Shown here piece after piece: positions 46,501-61,500 of a stretch of 64,000 bases of DNA. Position 1 is the stretch's first letter, and each line of letters begins with the position of its first letter. The DNA is from Macrostomum hystrix (Eukaryota > Animalia > Platyhelminthes). The position numbers and the translations under genes are program-made. The notes under the pieces are model-generated. The model saw nothing but the letters and a program-made list of their open reading frames with translations. It was not told where the DNA came from and did not search any database. The DNA lies in assembly GCA_950097015.1 (NCBI GenBank), contig CATNEN010000039.1, positions 3,596,001 through 3,660,000 of the forward strand, given 5' to 3'.

Positions 46501-49500
46501 TTAGCCATGATTCAGACTCTGGTTTTGCCATGATTCAGACTCTGGTTTAGCCATGATTCAGACGCTGGTTTAGCCATGATTCAGACTCTGGTTTAGCCAT
46601 GATTCAAACTCTGGTTTAGCCATGATTCAGACGCTGGTTTAGCCATGATTCAGACTCTGGTTTAGCCATGATTCAAAGTCTGGGTTAGCCATGATTCAAA
46701 CTCTGGTTTAGCCATGATTCAAACTCTGGGTTAGCCATGATTCAAACTCTGGTTTAGCCATGATTCAGACTCTGGTTTAGCCATGATTCAGACTCTGGTT
46801 TAGCCATGATTCAGACTCTGGTTTAGCCATGATTCAAGCTCTGGTTTAGCCATGATTCAGACGCTGGTTTAGCCATGATTCAAGCTCTATTTTTGCCATG
46901 ATTCAAACTCAGGTTTGCTATGATTTATGATATTTTATTTACGAAATGAAAAAAAAAATCAAAATAATCTTCAATCACTACTGGCTGAAAATTAGTCTAA
47001 ATGATTTGACGCAGTGCAGAATCGAACCCTAGCCTAGCCTATAACCTATTCCTAGTGCCTACACATCGGCTATTCCGACTGTTGGTTAGTGGGTGCAAAA
47101 ATCAGCCTTATAAAATGAATTCTCAAAGTTCTGGCTTTGTACAATGAAGTGAGAAAATAGAGTACACTCAGTCTCGCGGTTGGTTGTGTACATTTATTTC
47201 AAATTTGTCTCCAGAGTGCAGGCTTCTAACTCAGTCAGCGAGGGGGTGTTGCGCAATTTGACGATGCAATTCCAATTCAGCGGCAGTGAGTAAAATTCTC
47301 AATAGGCCAAGATTGTTTGACCTTTGAAAAATCATGTTTTTCGAATATTTAATCCCTTTAGCAATGTAGTTAAGCTTAATAAAAATACGTGTAAAATTGT
47401 CCCCATATTTGGCATCTTTTGGTGAAGAAATGGTGAAAATCGGTTGAGCCGTTCGGAAGAAAATCAATTACAACCAACCAACCATTTCATTTTTAGTATA
47501 GTGGACTAGCATGTTTTGCCCCCCTTCGGGGAGCAGAAATATTTTTAATTCGTCTTGTACATACTTTTTAGCAGCTGAATTTACAGCTTTTTAAAGCTAA
47601 AATGAACCCCCAGTGGACAATGATCCCCCAGTTGATGATGATCCCCGAGTTGATGATGATCCCCCAGTTGATGATGATCCCCCAGTTGACAATGATCCCC
47701 CAGTTGACAATGATCCCCCAGTTGACAATGATCCCCCAGTTGACAATGATCTCACAGTTGACAATGATCCCCCAGTTTACAATGATCCCCCAGTTGACAA
47801 TGATCCCCCAGTTGACATGATTGCCCAGTTGACAATCATTCCCCAGTGGACAATGATCCCCTTGTTGACAATGATCCCCCAGTTGACAATGATACCCCAG
47901 TTGACAATGATCACCCAGTTCACAATGATCCCCCAGTTGGCCATGATCCCCTAGTTGACAATGATCCCCCAGTTGACAATGAACCCCCAGTTGACAATGA
48001 TCCCCCAGTTGACAATGATCTCCCAGTTGACAATGATCCCCCAGTTTGCAATGATCCCCCAGTTGACAATGATCCCCAGTTGACAATGATCCCCCAGTTG
48101 ACAATGATCCCCCAGTTGACAATGATCCCCCAGTTGACAATGATCCCCCAGTTGACAATTTTCCCCCAGTTGACAATGAAGCCCCAGTTGACAATGATCA
48201 ACCAGTTGACAATGATCACCCAGTTGACAATGATCAACCCAGTTGACAATGATCCCCCAGTTGACAATGATCCCCCAGTTGACAATGATCCCCCAGTTGA
48301 CATGATTACCCAGTTGACAATCATTCCCCAGTGGACAATGATCCCCTTGTTGACAATGATCCCCCAGTTGACAATGATCCCCCAGTTGACATGATTACCC
48401 AGTTGACAATCATTCCCCAGTGGACAATGATCCCCTTGTTGACAATGATCCCCCAGTTGACAATGATCCCCCAGTTGACAATGATCCCCCAGTTGACAAT
48501 GATCTCCCAGTTGACAATGATCCCCCAGTTTGCAATGATCCCCCAGTTGACAATGATCCCCAAGTTGACAATGATCCCCCAGTTGACAATGATCCCCCAG
48601 TTGACAATGATCTCCCAGTTGACAATTTTCCCCCAGTTGACAATGAAGCCCCAGTTGACAATAATCAACCAGTTGACAATGATCACCCAGTTGACAATGA
48701 TCCCCCAGTTGACAATGATCCCCCAGTTGACAATGATCCCCCAGTTGACAATGATCTCCCAGTTGACAATGATCCCCCAGTTTGCAATGATCCCCCAGTT
48801 GACAATGATCCCCAAGTTGACAATGATCCCCCAGTTGACAATGATCCCCCAGTTGACAATGATCTCCCAGTTGACAATTTTCCCCCAGTTGACAATGAAG
48901 CCCCAGTTGACAATAATCAACCAGTTGACAATGATCACCCAGTTGACAATGATCCCCCAGTCGACAATGATCCCCCAGTTGACATGATTACCCAGTTGAC
49001 AATCATTCCCCAGTGGACAATGATCCCCTTGTTGACAATGATCCCCCAGTTGACAATGATACCCCAGTTGACAATGATCACCCAGTTCACAATGATCCCC
49101 CAGTTGGCCATGATCCCCTAGTTGACAATGATCCCCCAGTTGACAATGATCCCCCAGTTGACAATGATCCCCCAGTTGACAATGATCTCCCAGTTGACAA
49201 TGATCCCCCAGTTTGTAATGATCCCCCAGTTGACAATGATTCCCCCAGTTGACAATGATCCCCCAGTTGACAATGATCCCCCAGTTGACAATGATCCTCC
49301 AGTTGACAATTTTCCCCCAGTTGACAATGAAGCCCCAGTTGACAATGATCAACCAGTTCACAACGATCCCCAAGTTGGCCATGATCCCCTAGTTGACAAT
49401 GATCCCTCAGTTGACAATTTTCCCCCAGTTTACAATGATCCCCCAGTTGACAATGATCCACCAGTTCACAACGATCCCCCAGTTGGCCATGATCCCCTAG

Positions 49501-52500
49501 TTGACAATGATCCTCCATTTGATGAGGACTCCTTATTGATGATGATGCCCAGTTGACAATGTTGCTCAGTTAATTTTTATATTAGCTTCTTTTGTAGAAA
49601 ATTGAGAAGAACAACAATTAAATGATTATTAGGCAAAATATTCATCATACAAATATATATCATTTTGACGTTATGAGATAACAAACTCAAAATTCAATTC
49701 AATGACAAAAAAAAATTTTGCCATGATTCAAACTCTAGTTGGCTAGGATTCAAACTCTGGTTTAGCCATGATTCAGACTCTGGTGTAGCCATGATTCAGA
49801 CTATGGTTTAGCCATGATTCAAACTCTGGTTTAGCCATGATTCAGACTCTGGTGTAGCCATGATTCAGACTATGGTTTAGCCATGATTCAAACTCTGGTG
49901 TAGCCATGATTCAGACTATGGTTTAGCCATGATTCAAACTCTGGTTAGCCATGATTCAAGCTCTGGTTTAGCCATGATTCAAACTCTGGTTAGCCATGAT
50001 TTAGACGCTGTTTTTGCCATGATTCAAACGCTGGTTTTGCCATGATTCAGACTCTGGTTTAGCCATGATTCAAGCTCTGGTTTAGCCATGATTCAGACGC
50101 TGGTTTAGCCATGATTCAAGCTCTATTTTTGCCATGATTCAAACTCAGGTTTGCTATGATTTATGATATTTTATTTACGAAATGAAAAAAAAAATCAAAA
50201 TAATCTTCAATCACTACTGGCTGAAAATTAGTCTAAATGATTTGACGCAGTGCAGAATCGAACCCTAGCCTAGCCTATAACCTATTCCTAGTGCCTACAC
50301 ATCGGCTATTCCGACTGTTGGTTAGTGGGTGCAAAAATCAGCCTTATAAAATGAATTCTCAAAGTTCTGGCTTTGTACAATGAAGTGAGAAAATAGAGTA
50401 CACTCAGTCTCGCGGTTGGTTGTGTACATTTATTTCAAATTTGTCTCCAGAGTGCAGGCTTCTAACTCAGTCAGCGAGGGGGTGTTGCGCAATTTGACGA
50501 TGCAATTCCAATTCAGCGGCAGTGAGTAAAATTCTCAATAGGCCAAGATTGTTTGACCTTTGAAAAAATCATGTTTTTCGAATATTTAATCCCTTTAGCA
50601 ATGTAGTTAAGCTTAATAAAAATACGTGTAAAATTGTCCCCATATTTGGCATCTTTTGGTGAAGAAATGGTGAAAATCGGTTGAGCCGTTCGGAAGAAAA
50701 TCAATTACAACCAACCAACCATTTCATTTTTAGTATAGTGGACTAGCATGTTTTGCCCCCCTTCGGGGAGCAGAAATATTTTTAATTCGTCTTGTACATA
50801 CTTTTTAGCAGCTGAATTTACAGCTTTTTAAAGCTAAAATGAACCCCCAGTGGACAATGATCCCCCAGTTGATGATGATCCCCGAGTTGATGATGATCCC
50901 CCAGTTGATGATGATCCCCCAGTTGACAATGATCCCCCAGTTGACAATGATCCCCCAGTTGACAATGATCCCCCAGTTGACAATGATCTCACAGTTGACA
51001 ATGATCCCCCAGTTTACAATGATCCCCCAGTTGACAATGATCCCCCAGTTGACATGATTGCCCAGTTGACAATCATTCCCCAGTGGACAATGATACCCTT
51101 GTTGACAATGATCCCCCCCTTTGACAATGATACCCCAGTTGACAATGATCACCCAGTTCACAATGATCCCCCAGTTGGCCATGATCCCCTAGTTGACAAT
51201 AATCCCCCAGTTGACAATGAACCCCCAGTTGACAATGATCCCCCAGTTGACAATGATCTCCCAGTTGACAATGATCCCCCAGTTTGCAATGATCCCCCAG
51301 TTGACAATGATCCCCCAGTTGACAATGATCCCCCAGTTGACAATGATCCCCCAGTTGACAATGATCCCCCAGTTGACAATGATCCCCCAGTTGACAATTT
51401 TCCCCCAGTTGACAATGAAGCCCCAGTTGACAATGATCAACCAGCTGACAATGATCACCCAGTTGACAATGATCAACCAGTTGACAATGATCCCTCAGTT
51501 GACAATTTTCCCCCAGTTGACAATGATCCCCCAGTTGACAATGATCCCCCAGTTGACAATGATCCCCCAGTTGACATGATTACCCAGTTGACAATCATTC
51601 CCCAGTGGACAATGATCCCCTTGTTGACAATGATCCCCCAGTTGACAATGATCCCCCAGTTGACATGATTACCCAGTTGACAATCATTCCCCAGTGGACA
51701 ATGATCCCCTTGTTGACAATGATCCCCCAGTTGACAATGATCCCCCAGTTGACAATGATCCCCCAGTTGACAATGATCTCCCAGTTGACAATGATCCCCC
51801 AGTTTGCAATGATCCCCCAGTTGACAATGATCCCCAAGTTGACAATGATCCCCCAGTTGACAATGATCCCCCAGTTGACAATGATCTCCCAGTTGACAAT
51901 TTTCCCCCAGTTGACAATGAAGCCCCAGTTGACAATAATCAACCAGTTGACAATGATCACCCAGTTGACAATGATCCCCCAGTTGACAATGATCCCCCAG
52001 TTGACAATGATCCCCCAGTTGACAATGATCTCCCAGTTGACAATGATCCCCCAGTTTGCAATGATCCCCCAGTTGACAATGATCCCCAAGTTGACAATGA
52101 TCCCCCAGTTGACAATGATCCCCCAGTTGACAATGATCTCCCAGTTGACAATTTTCCCCCAGTTGACAATGAAGCCCCAGTTGACAATAATCAACCAGTT
52201 GACAATGATCACCCAGTTGACAATGATCCCCCAGTCGACAATGATCCCCCAGTTGACATGATTACCCAGTTGACAATCATTCCCCAGTGGACAATGATCC
52301 CCTTGTTGACAATGATCCCCCAGTTGACAATGATACCCCAGTTGACAATGATCACCCAGTTCACAATGATCCCCCAGTTGGCCATGATCCCCTAGTTGAC
52401 AATGATCCCCCAGTTGACAATGATCCCCCAGTTGACAATGATCCCCCAGTTGACAATGATCTCCCAGTTGATAATGATCCCCCAGTTTGTAATGATCCCC

Positions 52501-55500
52501 CAGTTGACAATGATTCCCCCAGTTGACAATGATCCCCCAGTTGACAATGATCCCCCAGTTGACAATGATCCTCCAGTTGACAATTTTCCCCCAGTTGACA
52601 ATGAAGCCCCAGTTGACAATGATCAACCAGTTCACAACGATCCCCCAGTTGGCCATGATCCCCTAGTTGACAATGATCCCTCAGTTGACAATTTTTCCCC
52701 AGTTTACAATGATTCAAACGCTGGTTTTGCCATGATTCAGACTCTGGTTTAGCCATGATTCAAGCTCTGGTTTAGCCATGATTCAGACGCTGGTTTAGCC
52801 ATGATTCAAGCTCTATTTTTGCCATGATTCAAACTCAGGTTTGCTATGATTTATGATATTTTATTTACGAAATGAAAAAAAAAATCAAAATAATCTTCAA
52901 TCACTACTGGCTGAAAATTAGTCTAAATGATTTGACGCAGTGCAGAATCGAACCCTAGCCTAGCCTAGCCTAACCTATTCCTAGTGCCTACACATCGGCT
53001 ATTCCGACTGTTGGTTAGTGGGTGCAGAAATCAGCCTTATAAAATGAATTCTCAAAGTTCTTGCTTTGTACAATGAAGTAAGAAAATAGAGTACACTCAG
53101 TCTCGCGGTTGGTTGTGTACATTTATTTCAAATTTGTCTCCAGAGTGCAGGCTTCTAACTCAGTCAGCGAGGGGGTGTTGCGCAATTTGACGATGCAATT
53201 CCAATTCAGCGGCAGTGAGTAAAATTCTCAATAGGCCAAGATTGTTTGACCTTTGAAAAATCATGTTTTTCGAATATTTAATCCCTTTAGCAATGTAGTT
53301 AAGCTTAATAAAAATACGTGTAAAATTGTCCCCATATTTGGCATCTTTTGGTGAAGAAATGGTGAAAATCGGTTGAGCCGTTCGGAAGAAAATCAATTAC
53401 AACCAACCAACCATTTCATTTTTAGTATAGTGGACTAGCATGTTTTGCCCCCCTTCGGGGAGCAGAAATATTTTTAATTCGTCTTGTACATACTTTTTAG
53501 CAGCTGAATTTACAGCTTTTTAAAGCTAAAATGAACCCCCAGTGGACAATGATCCCCCAGTTGATGATGATCCCCGAGTTGATGATGATCCCCCAGTTGA
53601 TGATGATCCCCCAGTTGACAATGATCCCCCAGTTGACAATGATCCCCCAGTTGACAATGATCCCCCAGTTGACAATGATCTCACAGTTGACAATGATCCC
53701 CCAGTTTACAATGATCCCCCAGTTGACAATGATCCCCCAGTTGACATGATTGCCCAGTTGACAATCATTCCCCAGTGGACAATGATACCCTTGTTGACAA
53801 TGATCCCCCCCTTTGACAATGATACCCCAGTTGACAATGATCACCCAGTTCACAATGATCCCCCAGTTGGCCATGATCCCCTAGTTGACAATAATCCCCC
53901 AGTTGACAATGAACCCCCAGTTGACAATGATCCCCCAGTTGACAATGATCTCCCAGTTGACAATGATCCCCCAGTTTGCAATGATCCCCCAGTTGACAAT
54001 GATCCCCCAGTTGACAATGATCCCCCAGTTGACAATGATCCCCCAGTTGACAATGATCCCCCAGTTGACAATGATCCCCCAGTTGACAATTTTCCCCCAG
54101 TTGACAATGAAGCCCCAGTTGACAATGATCAACCAGTTGACAATGATCACCCAGTTGACAATGATCAACCAGTTGACAATGATCCCTCAGTTGACAATTT
54201 TCCCCCAGTTGACAATGATCCCCCAGTTGACAATGATCCCCCAGTTGACAATGATCCCCCAGTTGACATGATTACCCAGTTGACAATCATTCCCCAGTGG
54301 ACATTGATCCCCTTGTTGACAATGATCCCCCAGTTGACAATGATCCCCCAGTTGACATGATTACCCAGTTGACAATCATTCCCCAGTGGACAATGATCCC
54401 CTTGTTGACAATGATCCCCCAGTTGACAATGATCCCCCAGTTGACAATGATCCCCCAGTTGACAATGATCTCCCAGTTGACAATGATCCCCCAGTTTGCA
54501 ATGATCCCCCAGTTGACAATGATCCCCAAGTTGACAATGATCCCCCAGTTGACAATGATCCCCCAGTTGACAATGATCTCCCAGTTGACAATTTTCCCCC
54601 AGTTGACAATGAAGCCCCAGTTGACAATAATCAACCAGTTGACAATGATCACCCAGTTGACAATGATCACCCAGTTGACAATGATCCCCCAGTTGACAAT
54701 GATCCCCCAGTTGACAATGATCTCCCAGTTGACAATGATCCCCCAGTTTGCAATGATCCCCCAGTTGACAATGATCCCCAAGTTGACAATGATCCCCCAG
54801 TTGACAATGATCCCCCAGTTGACAATGATCTCCCAGTTGACAATTTTCCCCCAGTTGACAATGAAGCCCCAGTTGACAATAATCAACCAGTTGACAATGA
54901 TCACCCAGTTGACAATGATCCCCCAGTCGACAATGATCCCCCAGTTGACATGATTACCCAGTTGACAATCATTCCCCAGTGGACAATGATCCCCTTGTTG
55001 ACAATGATCCCCCAGTTGACAATGATACCCCAGTTGACAATGATCACCCAGTTCACAATGATCCCCCAGTTGGCCATGATCCCCTAGTTGACAATGATCC
55101 CCCAGTTGACAATGATCCCCCAGTTGACAATGATCCCCCAGTTGACAATGATCTCCCAGTTGATAATGATCCCCCAGTTTGTAATGATCCCCCAGTTGAC
55201 AATGATTCCCCCAGTTGACAATGATCCCCCAGTTGACAATGATCCCCCAGTTGACAATGATCCTCCAGTTGACAATTTTCCCCCAGTTGACAATGAAGCC
55301 CCAGTTGACAATGATCAACCAGTTCACAACGATCCCCCAGTTGGCCATGATCCCCTAGTTGACAATGATCCCTCAGTTGACAATTTTCCCCCAGTTTACA
55401 ATGATTCAAACGCTGGTTTTGCCATGATTCAGACTCTGGTTTAGCCATGATTCAAGCTCTGGTTTAGCCATGATTCAGACGCTGGTTTAGCCATGATTCA

Positions 55501-58500
55501 AGCTCTATTTTTGCCATGATTCAAACTCAGGTTTGCTATGATTTATGATATTTTATTTACGAAATGAAAAAAAAAAATCAAAATAATCTTCAATCACTAC
55601 TGGCTGAAAATTAGTCTAAATGATTTGACGCAGTGCAGAATCGAACCCTAGCCTAGCCTAGCCTAACCTATTCCTAGTGCCTACACATCGGCTATTCCGA
55701 CTGTTGGTTAGTGGGTGCAGAAATCAGCCTTATAAAATGAATTCTCAAAGTTCTTGCTTTGTACAATGAAGTAAGAAAATAGAGTACACTCAGTCTCGCG
55801 GTTGGTTGTGTACATTTATTTCAAATTTGTCTCCAGAGTGCAGGCTTCTAACTCAGTCAGCGAGGGGGTGTTGCGCAATTTGACGATGCAATTCCAATTC
55901 AGCGGCAGTGAGTAAAATTCTCAATAGGCCAAGATTGTTTGACCTTTGAAAAATCATGTTTTTCGAATATTTAATCCCTTTAGCAATGTAGTTAAGCTTA
56001 ATAAAAATACGTGTAAAATTGTCCCCATATTTGGCATCTTTTGGTGAAGAAATGGTGAAAATCGGTTGAGCCGTTCGGAAGAAAATCAATTACAACCAAC
56101 CAACCATTTCATTTTTAGTATAGTGGACTAGCATGTTTTGCCCCCCTTCGGGGAGCAGAAATATTTTTAATTCGTCTTGTACATACTTTTTAGCAGCTGA
56201 ATTTACAGCTTTTTAAAGCTAAAATGAACCCCCAGTGGACAATGATCCCCCAGTTGATGATGATCCCCGAGTTGATGATGATCCCCCAGTTGATGATGAT
56301 CCCCCAGTTGACAATGATCCCCCAGTTGACAATGATCCCCCAGTTGACAATGATCCCCCAGTTGACAATGATCTCACAGTTGACAATGATCCCCCAGTTT
56401 ACAATGATCCCCCAGTTGACAATGATCCCCCAGTTGACATGATTGCCCAGTTGACAATCATTCCCCAGTGGACAATGATACCCTTGTTGACAATGATCCC
56501 CCCCTTTGACAATGATACCCCAGTTGACAATGATCACCCAGTTCACAATGATCCCCCAGTTGGCCATGATCCCCTAGTTGACAATAATCCCCCAGTTGAC
56601 AATGAACCCCCAGTTGACAATGATCCCCCAGTTGACAATGATCTCCCAGTTGACAATGATCCCCCAGTTTGCAATGATCCCCCAGTTGACAATGATCCCC
56701 CAGTTGACAATGATCCCCCAGTTGACAATGATCCCCCAGTTGACAATGATCCCCCAGTTGACAATGATCCCCCAGTTGACAATTTTCCCCCAGTTGACAA
56801 TGAAGCCCCAGTTGACAATGATCAACCAGTTGACAATGATCACCCAGTTGACAATGATCAACCAGTTGACAATGATCCCTCAGTTGACAATTTTCCCCCA
56901 GTTGACAATGATCCCCCAGTTGACAATGATCCCCCAGTTGACAATGATCCCCCAGTTGACATGATTACCCAGTTGACAATCATTCCCCAGTGGACATTGA
57001 TCCCCTTGTTGACAATGATCCCCCAGTTGACAATGATCCCCCAGTTGACATGATTACCCAGTTGACAATCATTCCCCAGTGGACAATGATCCCCTTGTTG
57101 ACAATGATCCCCCAGTTGACAATGATCCCCCAGTTGACAATGATCCCCCAGTTGACAATGATCTCCCAGTTGACAATGATCCCCCAGTTTGCAATGATCC
57201 CCCAGTTGACAATGATCCCCAAGTTGACAATGATCCCCCAGTTGACAATGATCCCCCAGTTGACAATGATCTCCCAGTTGACAATTTTCCCCCAGTTGAC
57301 AATGAAGCCCCAGTTGACAATAATCAACCAGTTGACAATGATCACCCAGTTGACAATGATCACCCAGTTGACAATGATCCCCCAGTTGACAATGATCCCC
57401 CAGTTGACAATGATCTCCCAGTTGACAATGATCCCCCAGTTTGCAATGATCCCCCAGTTGACAATGATCCCCAAGTTGACAATGATCCCCCAGTTGACAA
57501 TGATCCCCCAGTTGACAATGATCTCCCAGTTGACAATTTTCCCCCAGTTGACAATGAAGCCCCAGTTGACAATAATCAACCAGTTGACAATGATCACCCA
57601 GTTGACAATGATCCCCCAGTCGACAATGATCCCCCAGTTGACATGATTACCCAGTTGACAATCATTCCCCAGTGGACAATGATCCCCTTGTTGACAATGA
57701 TCCCCCAGTTGACAATGATACCCCAGTTGACAATGATCACCCAGTTCACAATGATCCCCCAGTTGGCCATGATCCCCTAGTTGACAATGATCCCCCAGTT
57801 GACAATGATCCCCCAGTTGACAATGATCCCCCAGTTGACAATGATCTCCCAGTTGACAATGATCCCCCAGTTTGTAATGATCCCCCAGTTGACAATGATT
57901 CCCCCAGTTGACAATGATCCCCCAGTTGACAATGATCCCCCAGTTGACAATGATCCTCCAGTTGACAATTTTCCCCCAGTTGACAATGAAGCCCCAGTTG
58001 ACAATGATCAACCAGTTCACAACGATCCCCCAGTTGGCCATGATCCCCTAGTTGACAATGATCCCTCAGTTGACAATTTTCCCCCAGTTTACAATGATCC
58101 CCCAGTTGACAATGATCCACCAGTTCACAACGATCCCCCAGTTGGCCATGATCCCCTAGTTGACAATGATCCCCCATTTGATGAGGACTCCTTATTGATG
58201 ATGATGCCCAGTTGACAATGTTGCCCAGTTAATTTTTATATTAGCTTCTTTTGTAGAAAATTGAGAAGAACAACAATTAAATGATTATTAGGCAAAATAT
58301 TTATCATACAAATATATATCATTTTGACGTTATGAGATAACAAACTCAAAATTCAATTCAATGACAAAAAAAATTTTGCCATGATTCAAACTCTAGTTGG
58401 CTAGGATTCAAACTCTGGTTTAGCCATGATTCAGACTCTGGTGTAGCCATGATTCAGACTATGGTTTAGCCATGATTCAAACTCTGGTTTAGCCATGATT

Positions 58501-61500
58501 CAGACTCTGGTGTAGCCATGATTCAGACTATGGTTTAGCCATGATTCAAACTCTGGTGTAGCCATGATTCAGACTATGGTTTAGCCATGATTCAAACTCT
58601 GGTTAGCCATGATTCAAGCTCTGGTTTAGCCATGTTTCAAACTCTGGTTTAGCCATGATTCAAACTCTGGTTAGCCATGATTTAGACGCTGTTTTTGCCA
58701 TGATTCAAACGCTGGTTTTGCCATGATTCAAACGCTGGTTTAGCCATGATTCAAACGCTGGTTTAGGCATGATTCAAACTCTGGTTTAGCCATGATTCAA
58801 ACTCTGGTTTAGCCATGATTCAAACTCTGGTTTAGCCATGATTCAAACGCTGGTTTAGCCATGATTCAAACTCTGGTTTAGCCATGATTCAGACGCTGGT
58901 TTAGCCATGATTCAGACGCTGGTTTAGCTATGGTTCAGACGCTGGTTTAGCCATGATTCAGACGCTGGTTTAGCTATGGTTCAGACGCTGGTTTAGCCAT
59001 GATTCAGACGCTGGTTTAGCCATGATTCAGACGCTGGTTTAGCCATGTTTCAAACTCTGGTTTAGCCATGATTCAAACTCTGGTTTAGCCATGATTCAAA
59101 CTCTGGTTTAGCCATGATTCAAACTCTAGTTTAGCCATGATTCAAACTCTGGTTTAGCCATGATTCAAACTCTGGTTTAGCCATGATTCAGACGCTGGTT
59201 TAGCCATGATTCAGACGCTGTTTAGCCATGATTCAGACGCTGGTTTAGCTATGGTTCAGACGCTTGTTTAGCCATGATTCAAACTCTAGTTTAGCCATGA
59301 TTCAAACTCTGGTTTAGCCATGATTCAAACTCTGGTTTAGCCATGATTCAGACGCTGGTTTAGCCATGATTCAGACGCTGTTTAGCCATGATTCAGACGC
59401 TGGTTTAGCTATGGTTCAGACGCTTGTTTAGCCATGATTCAGACGCTGGTTTAGCCATAATTCAGACAGTGGTTTTGCTATACAAAAGCGAATTAAAAGT
59501 TTCCCCCTTTTTTTCAAAATTAAATAAAAATCTATCGCTTCGCATCCATCACTACTGACTGACAATTAGTTTAAATGATTTGACGCAGTGCAGAGTCGAA
59601 CCAGTGACACTTCGCCTAGCCTAGCCTAACCTATTCCTAGTGCCTACACATCGGCTATTCCGACTGTTGGTTAGTGGGTGCAGAAATCAGCCTTATAAAA
59701 TGAATTCTCAAAGTTCTTGCTTTGTACAATGAAGTAAGAAAATAGAGTACACTCAGTCTCGCGGTTGGTTGTGTACATTTATTTCAAATTTCTCTCCAGA
59801 GTGCAGGCTTCAAATTCAATCAGCTAGGGGTTGTTGCGCAATTTGACGATGCAATTCTAATTCAGTGGCAGTGAGTAAAATTCTCAATAGGCCAAGATTG
59901 TTTGACCTTTGAAAAATTATGTTTTTCGAATATTTAATCCTCTTAGCAATAAAGTTAAGCTTAATAAAAATACGTGTAAAATTGTCCCTATATTTGGCAT
60001 CTTTTGGTGAAGAAATGGTGAAAATCGGTTGAGCCGTTCGGGAGAAAATCAATTACAACCAACCAAGCAACCATTTCATTTTTAGTATAGTGGAGGATGG
60101 ATGGATGGATGAATTCTGGAATTTTTAGAATTCGATAAATCCTGGGATTTTAAGAATTCTATGAATTCTGGGATATTGAGGATTTAATGAATCCTGGGAT
60201 TATTTAGTTTCGAGGCATCGTGGTTTTTAATGTTTTACGAATTTGATTCGTATATTTATTCAGATTTTAAGGACTTTATAATCAGGATTTGAGGATTTTT
60301 CGGGATTCCAGGATTTTTTATTCCCGTTCTTTCTAAAATAATTTAAATCGGCTAAACTCCAGATTATTGCAGAAACTTGCCACGTCTCGCCTACTGTGGA
60401 TTCCGACTCTTTGCCGCCGCCTCCGCCGCCTCCGCCACCGCCGCCGCCACCGCCGCCACCGCCGCCGCCTCATCTGCCGTCGCAGCCGCCGCCGCCTCCG
60501 CCTCCGAGGACATCGTCAGTTTTAGCCCAGCCGTCGGACTCAAATTCTCATTGCAAAGCGGGCACCACGGACGAGAGAGCCTCGCGACCAGAATGCGGCC
60601 AAGCTGATGCGACTGATCGGCGCGAGTCCTTGATGCTGCCGCCGCCTCCGCCGGCTGACTTTCTGCGACAATTGTCGGAAACTCAACAAACTGAAAGTCT
60701 GGAATTTGGGCGCTTTGAAGTTTGCGACGATGTCGCTGACGACGAAGACGACGACATTGAGGAAGAGGAAGCTGAGCAGCCGCAGGGCTTCGTGTCCGTT
60801 CGCCTGCCGGTTGCTGGGGAACCCACTGGTCGAGTCGGCGGTCCGCTGACAACCAAGCCCTTTCTGGACAGTCGGCAGCTGTCCGCGGGCCTCGAAGTGC
60901 TGTCGGTGACGGCGCCTGGCTGGGTGGCGCTGATACGGCCGGGCGATAGGATTGTCGCCATCAACGGCAACTCGCTGCTCGGTGTTTCCTTTCATCAGTG
61001 AGTTGATGGAAGACGGGAAGGACGGGACATTTCGTTTCTTTGAAAAAATGTAAAGGCTGATTTTCATGGAAAAATGCACTCGCGAGATGGGAACTTTTCA
61101 CTTTTTTTTCTAAGTAAATTGTTGATAACTTGAAAATCTGGCTTTAATAAATTTTCCAAGAAACCACGTCCTTCTTCTAGTTGTCCTTGGCACACACTCG
61201 CCCTTTTTAATTGTTCTTAGGGGCTTTGCCCGAGGGCGAAAATCACGCCATAAGCTCCAAGCCTTCTCTCCGCGGCTGCGCCTAAAATTTATGTGACATC
61301 GCCGCGTTATTGAACTCAGGGACCTTGGTGCGAGAGCCGGATGAATTCCACCAGGCGTTTGAGTATTAGGAGTTTTGTATATTGGTTTAGAATTCCTTAG
61401 TGAATATTGCGAGTCATTTGGATTTTAAGCAACCGTAGAGGTTTGCAACGTCGCTCTCCTGATTGCTAGCACTGGCTAACCCACCGGCCGTTAAACTTGC

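Larger units (their letters stand above)
43863..60094 (-). mobile_element. Five head-to-tail non-autonomous Helitron units (starts on + at 43863, 47506, 50743, 53435, 56128)
   Basis: On the minus strand each unit runs 5'-TCCACTATACT... to a GC hairpin (+ strand GCCCCCCTTCGGGGAGC) and CTAG-3'. Internal junctions read CTAG|TC and the outer 3' flank is T. No RepHel ORF. Confidence 0.85.

Noticed and set aside
44149-58215. Many (PQLTMI)n, (DNDPPV)n and (GDHCQL)n ORFs, plus the repeated 78-aa MIFFRTAQP ORF
   Set aside because: Products of an 18-bp satellite and of non-coding Helitron sequence; frames break between copies.
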